From Candidatus Eiseniibacteriota bacterium (GTDB taxonomy: Bacteria; Eisenbacteria; RBG-16-71-46), in assembly GCA_963725865.1 (NCBI GenBank), contig CAVSAC010000012.1, positions 704,001 through 768,000 of the forward strand: a stretch of DNA of 64,000 bases. The letters are read 5' to 3'. A program made the translations under genes and the position numbers. The notes under the pieces were generated by a model, which saw nothing but the letters and a program-made list of their open reading frames with translations, searched no databases and was not told where the DNA came from. Positions 60,683-64,000 of this stretch are shown here, one piece after another (the stretch's first letter is position 1; each line of letters opens with the position of its first letter).

Positions 60683-61974
60683 GCGAGCGCCGGGTGCTGC
60701 TCCTGTGCTACTTCTATCCGCCACTCGCGGGGGGCGGCGTGCATCGCGTGCTGTCGTTCACTCGCTACCTGCCCGCGCGCGGATGGAAGTGCACGGTCGT
60801 CTGCGCGGGCGAGGAGGACTATTGGGTGACCGATGACAGTCTGCTCGCTCGCGTGCCGGCGGAGACCGAGGTGATCCGCGTGCACGGCGGCAGCGCCCTC
60901 TCGGCGTGGCTGCGGATGCGGCGGGCACGCCCGGGGCAGCGCTCCGGGCGCACGTTCGGGGGCCTGCGCCGGCTGGCGGACTGGTTCCTGCTCCCCGACT
61001 CCTACGCGGGCTGGGCCGCGCGCGCCCGCGCGGCGGCGTTGCGGCGGGTGGCGCAGGGCGGGATCGACGCGTTGCTCTCGTCCTCGCCTCCCGACAGCGC
61101 CCACCTCGCGGGGCTCGCGGTGAAGCGACACACCGGGCTGCCGTGGGTGGCCGACTTCCGCGATCCGTGGTTCGGACTCTACCTGCGCGAGCCGCCGAGT
61201 GCCTGGCACCGCGCCCGCCACGCCGCGATGGAGCGCGCGGTGGTCGGCGGCGCCGACGTGGTGCTGACGGCCTCGCGCACGCACGCGGGCCGGCTGGGCG
61301 CACGCAGCGGCGCCACCGCGCGCGAGGTCGTCCACCTGCCCAACGGCTTCGAGCCGCTCGCGGAGTCGGCGGCGCCGGCGCCGGTCGCCGCGGCCGCGGG
61401 GGAGACGTTCACGCTCGTCTTCACCGGCACGCTGTCACAGATGCCCGACACCGAGACGTTCCTCGAGGCGGTGCACGAAGTGCTCGCCCATCGGCCCGAG
61501 GCGCGGCGCCGGCTGCGCGCGCGGCTGGCGGGTCCCTACGAGACCGACCTCGCGGACCGCGCGCTCGCGCTCGGGCTGACCGGGATCGTGGAGTTCACCG
61601 GTCCGCTCCCGCACGCCGCCACCCGAGCCCTGCAGCGGTCGGCCGACGTGCTGCTCCTGTGGAAGCCGCCCGGCGCGCCGACCATGGTGCCCGGCAAGAC
61701 CTACGAGTACCTGGACGCGGGACGGCCGATCCTCGGGCTCCTCGAGCCCGGTGACGAGGCCGCCGAGCTGGTGCGGCGCGCGGGGGGCAGCGTGGTGCCT
61801 CCGCGCGACCGCGCGGCGCTCGCGGCGTGGATCGACGCTCGCTACGTGGCCTGGAAGGAGGGCGCGCGACCAGCGTCCGCCCGCCCCCCGTGGCTCGAGG
61901 AACACCGGCGCGACCGCCTGGCGGTGCGGCTCGCCGATACCCTGGACCGCCTCACCCGGAAGGGCCGCGCATGA
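60679..61974 (+). CDS. GT4-family glycosyltransferase
   Basis: YFYPP..GGGVHR, SSPP, WVADFRDPW, PGKTYEYL. Confidence 0.85.
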   Translation: MSERRVLLLCYFYPPLAGGGVHRVLSFTRYLPARGWKCTVVCAGEEDYWVTDDSLLARVPAETEVIRVHGGSALSAWLRMRRARPGQRSGRTFGGLRRLADWFLLPDSYAGWAARARAAALRRVAQGGIDALLSSSPPDSAHLAGLAVKRHTGLPWVADFRDPWFGLYLREPPSAWHRARHAAMERAVVGGADVVLTASRTHAGRLGARSGATAREVVHLPNGFEPLAESAAPAPVAAAAGETFTLVFTGTLSQMPDTETFLEAVHEVLAHRPEARRRLRARLAGPYETDLADRALALGLTGIVEFTGPLPHAATRALQRSADVLLLWKPPGAPTMVPGKTYEYLDAGRPILGLLEPGDEAAELVRRAGGSVVPPRDRAALAAWIDARYVAWKEGARPASARPPWLEEHRRDRLAVRLADTLDRLTRKGRA

Positions 61975-63539
61975 TCCTGACCCTCAACGGACCCGTGACC
62001 CGGATCGAGCGCTACGGGCTCGCCGTGGCGCTCGCGCTCGCGGCCCTGCTGATGTGGCCGCTGCGCGCCTACGTCACCGACGACACGTTCATCCACCTGC
62101 AGTACGCCAAGCACCTCGCCCAGGGACAGGGCCTGGTGTTCAACGTGGGCGAGCGCGTGTACGGGTGCACCAGTCCGCTGTGGGTCACGCTCATCGCCGA
62201 CGGCATCGCGCTGCACCTCGACGGGCTGCTGGTCGCGAAGGCGATCGGCTTCCTCTCGACGCTCGCCTCGATCTTCCTGTTCCTGCAGCTCACCCGGCGC
62301 ACGCTGCGCGTGCCGCTGATGCGCGCCGCCGCGACGGTCGCGTGGGCGGGCCACGCGTGGATGCTGCGCTGGTCGCTGTCGGGGATGGAGACTCCGCTGG
62401 CCGTCGCGCTGGTGCTCGCGGGCTTCGTGGCGTTCACGGAAGGCACCCAGTGGGGCTCACGACCGGTGCGCACGGGGGCACTCTGGGCGCTGGCGGCGCT
62501 CACGCGTCCCGAGGCCGTGTTCCTGCTGTTCCTGTGGGGCGTGTTCCTGATCATCGACACCGACAGCCGCCCCGGCCTGCGACGGCTGCTGTTCGGCGCG
62601 CTGCCGCCGGTGGTGATCTACGGCGGCTGGCTGCTGTTCGCGCGCACGTTCTTCGGCACCTTCTGGCCGCAGACGCTGTCGGCCAAGTCGGCCGGTGCGG
62701 GCGACCTCGCGGTCCAGGTCGAGAACCTGTGGCGGCAGATCCAGATCATGGGCGCGACCGACGGCGTCATGGCCGCCCTGCTGGTCGCCTCGCTGGTGTT
62801 CGGGATGCGACGCCTGTGGCCGGCGCGGCTGCTCGCGCAGCGATTGCTGCCGTGGGTCTGGGTGTTCGCGGTGCCGGCGCTCTATCTCGCGCGCGGCGTG
62901 CCCGTGCTGTCGCGTTACCTGCTGCCGCTGATGCCGGTGCTCGCGTGGCTCGCCTGGCGCACCGCCGAGTTGTGGTGGGTGGGCGAGGCGCCCGACGCGG
63001 GACGCGTGCGACGCGCCGCGCGCTACGCGATCGTGGTGGCGCTGCTGTCGCTCGGCCTCAACTTGACGGTCTACCGCCTCAAGGTCGTGCCGCACGTGCT
63101 CGAGATGACGCAGACCATGCAGACCTCGCTGCTGCGCTGGGGCGCGTGGCTGCGCGCGAACACCCCGAAGGACGCGCTGGTGGCGGTCCCCGACATCGGA
63201 GCGATCGGCTACATGAGCGACCGCCGCGTGCTCGACACCGCCGGGCTCGTGACGCCACGGATGGTGCCGTTGCTCGAGCGCGTGCCGCCGAACGGCGTCG
63301 ACGCCCGTGACGACGCGGTCGCGAAACTCGCGTTCGCGTCGTTCGCGCGACCCGGCTGGCTGCTCGAACGCGGTCCCTCGGCGGGAGAGTTGCTCAGCCG
63401 CAGCCCGTACGCCGCGGCGCTGGTGCCGCTGGGCTCCACGGAGGCCCCTACGCTCGGCATCGCGCGCCCCGGCTACACCGTGTACACGCTCTACCGGGTG
63501 AGGTGGGAGGCCTACGACTCGCTGCGCGCCCTGCGCTGA
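61971..63539 (+). CDS. Polytopic membrane protein, putative GT-C (AftB-like DD motif)
   Basis: TDDTFIHLQYAKHLAQGQGLVFN.GERVYG.TSPLW, SGMET, TRPE, RYLLP, DIGAIGY...D..GL. Confidence 0.7.
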   Translation: MILTLNGPVTRIERYGLAVALALAALLMWPLRAYVTDDTFIHLQYAKHLAQGQGLVFNVGERVYGCTSPLWVTLIADGIALHLDGLLVAKAIGFLSTLASIFLFLQLTRRTLRVPLMRAAATVAWAGHAWMLRWSLSGMETPLAVALVLAGFVAFTEGTQWGSRPVRTGALWALAALTRPEAVFLLFLWGVFLIIDTDSRPGLRRLLFGALPPVVIYGGWLLFARTFFGTFWPQTLSAKSAGAGDLAVQVENLWRQIQIMGATDGVMAALLVASLVFGMRRLWPARLLAQRLLPWVWVFAVPALYLARGVPVLSRYLLPLMPVLAWLAWRTAELWWVGEAPDAGRVRRAARYAIVVALLSLGLNLTVYRLKVVPHVLEMTQTMQTSLLRWGAWLRANTPKDALVAVPDIGAIGYMSDRRVLDTAGLVTPRMVPLLERVPPNGVDARDDAVAKLAFASFARPGWLLERGPSAGELLSRSPYAAALVPLGSTEAPTLGIARPGYTVYTLYRVRWEAYDSLRALR

Positions 63540-63559
63540 GTCGACTGCACTTCTGTGCA

Positions 63560-63605
63560 GCCTGGGCGGGACGATCGTCGTCCCGCCCAGGCCGCGTTTT
63601 GCTTT
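63560..63605 (+). terminator. Intrinsic terminator ending the long operon
   Basis: GCCTGGGCGGGACGA/TCGTCCCGCCCAGGC long stem followed by CGCGTTTTGCTTT. Confidence 0.75.
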
Positions 63606-63632
63606 GACTTGCAGGAACTCGGGGACTATGTT
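63604..63632 (+). promoter_or_regulatory. sigma70 promoter of the mraZ/dcw cluster
   Basis: TTGACT-17 bp-TATGTT. Confidence 0.7.
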
Positions 63633-63642
63633 GCCGCGCGTG

Positions 63643-63676
63643 GTGGGGAATTGTGGGGAGCAGTGGTGAATCGTGG
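63643..63676 (+). promoter_or_regulatory. MraZ-binding repeats
   Basis: Four GTGG boxes at exact 10-bp period (63643, 63653, 63663, 63673) upstream of mraZ. Confidence 0.85.
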
Positions 63677-63709
63677 CGATCCGATCTGGCCCTCGACGGC
63701 GGCAGGCGA

Positions 63710-64000
63710 ATGAGTCCCTTCTTCGGCAGCGAGACCTACACCATCGATCACAAGGGGCGTGTCAGCGTCCCGGTGAAACTGCGCCGCGCCGGTGGCCGCC
63801 GCTCGATGGAGGTCGTCCTGACCCGCGGCTTCGAGGGCTGCGTCGTGATGTACACGCTCGAACAGTGGGCGACCTTCGAGGCCATGCTCAATCGCATCCC
63901 GTACGGCGACGTCGCGGGTCGCGCGTTCGCGCGCACGTTCTTCGACGCCACGGTCGGTCCGCTCACGCTCGATGCGCAGGGACGCATCACCCTTCCGCCG
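63710..64000 (+). CDS. mraZ: Division/cell-wall cluster repressor MraZ (3'-truncated)
   Basis: FFGSETYTIDHKGRVSVP...TRGFEGC...LDAQGRITLP. Absent from the ORF track because it runs off the window. Confidence 0.92.
   Translation, partial: MSPFFGSETYTIDHKGRVSVPVKLRRAGGRRSMEVVLTRGFEGCVVMYTLEQWATFEAMLNRIPYGDVAGRAFARTFFDATVGPLTLDAQGRITLPP

Noticed and set aside
1..64000. CRISPR arrays, transposases, integrases, prophage, rRNA, DGR template/variable repeats
   Set aside because: None recognisable. Internal repeats in the giant genes are diverged protein-domain repeats, without adenine-specific mismatch pairs or a reverse transcriptase.

Overview
High-GC bacterial window, almost entirely + strand. 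The FlgD/T9SS-like C-terminal domains and [ST]WGx[LV]KxRYR tails suggest Ca. Eisenbacteria or a related FCB lineage (inference). (1) 1-15.9 kb: two giant secreted multidomain proteins, one 5'-truncated and one of about 3,560 aa split by two +1 frameshifts. They share a C-terminal Fn3-like/dockerin-like/cohesin-like/FlgD-Ig cassette and are followed by a stand-alone cohesin-like protein with a short C-terminal motif. (2) 16.07-21.3 kb: an asnB+GT4+GT4 cassette bracketed by a 37-bp direct repeat of the 5' half of tRNA-Lys, with the intact tRNA-Lys(TTT) downstream and no integrase. (3) 21.6-29.5 kb: zf-HC2 anti-sigma, YchF, an outer-membrane beta-barrel, an NHL protein with the same C-terminal motif, two GNATs, a GT4 and a heavily frameshifted polysaccharide deacetylase. 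(4) 29.5-63.6 kb: an FMN riboswitch followed by an apparently continuous run of about 28 genes. It begins ribD-ribE-ribBA-ribH-nusB and continues into a glycosylation cluster with four GT-C-type membrane proteins (one DUF2723/TMEM260-like, one YfhO), two polyprenyl-phosphate sugar synthases, HddA/HddC-like enzymes, two flippases, AsnB, a GNAT and a PorZ-like propeller protein. (5) Terminator, promoter, MraZ boxes and the start of mraZ. The best candidate for an undescribed system is a surface-protein assembly, sorting and glycosylation system: dockerin-cohesin giant proteins, a WGxxKxRYR sorting tail and GT-C/PorZ-like machinery. All domain calls come from motif reading by eye, not from database searches.
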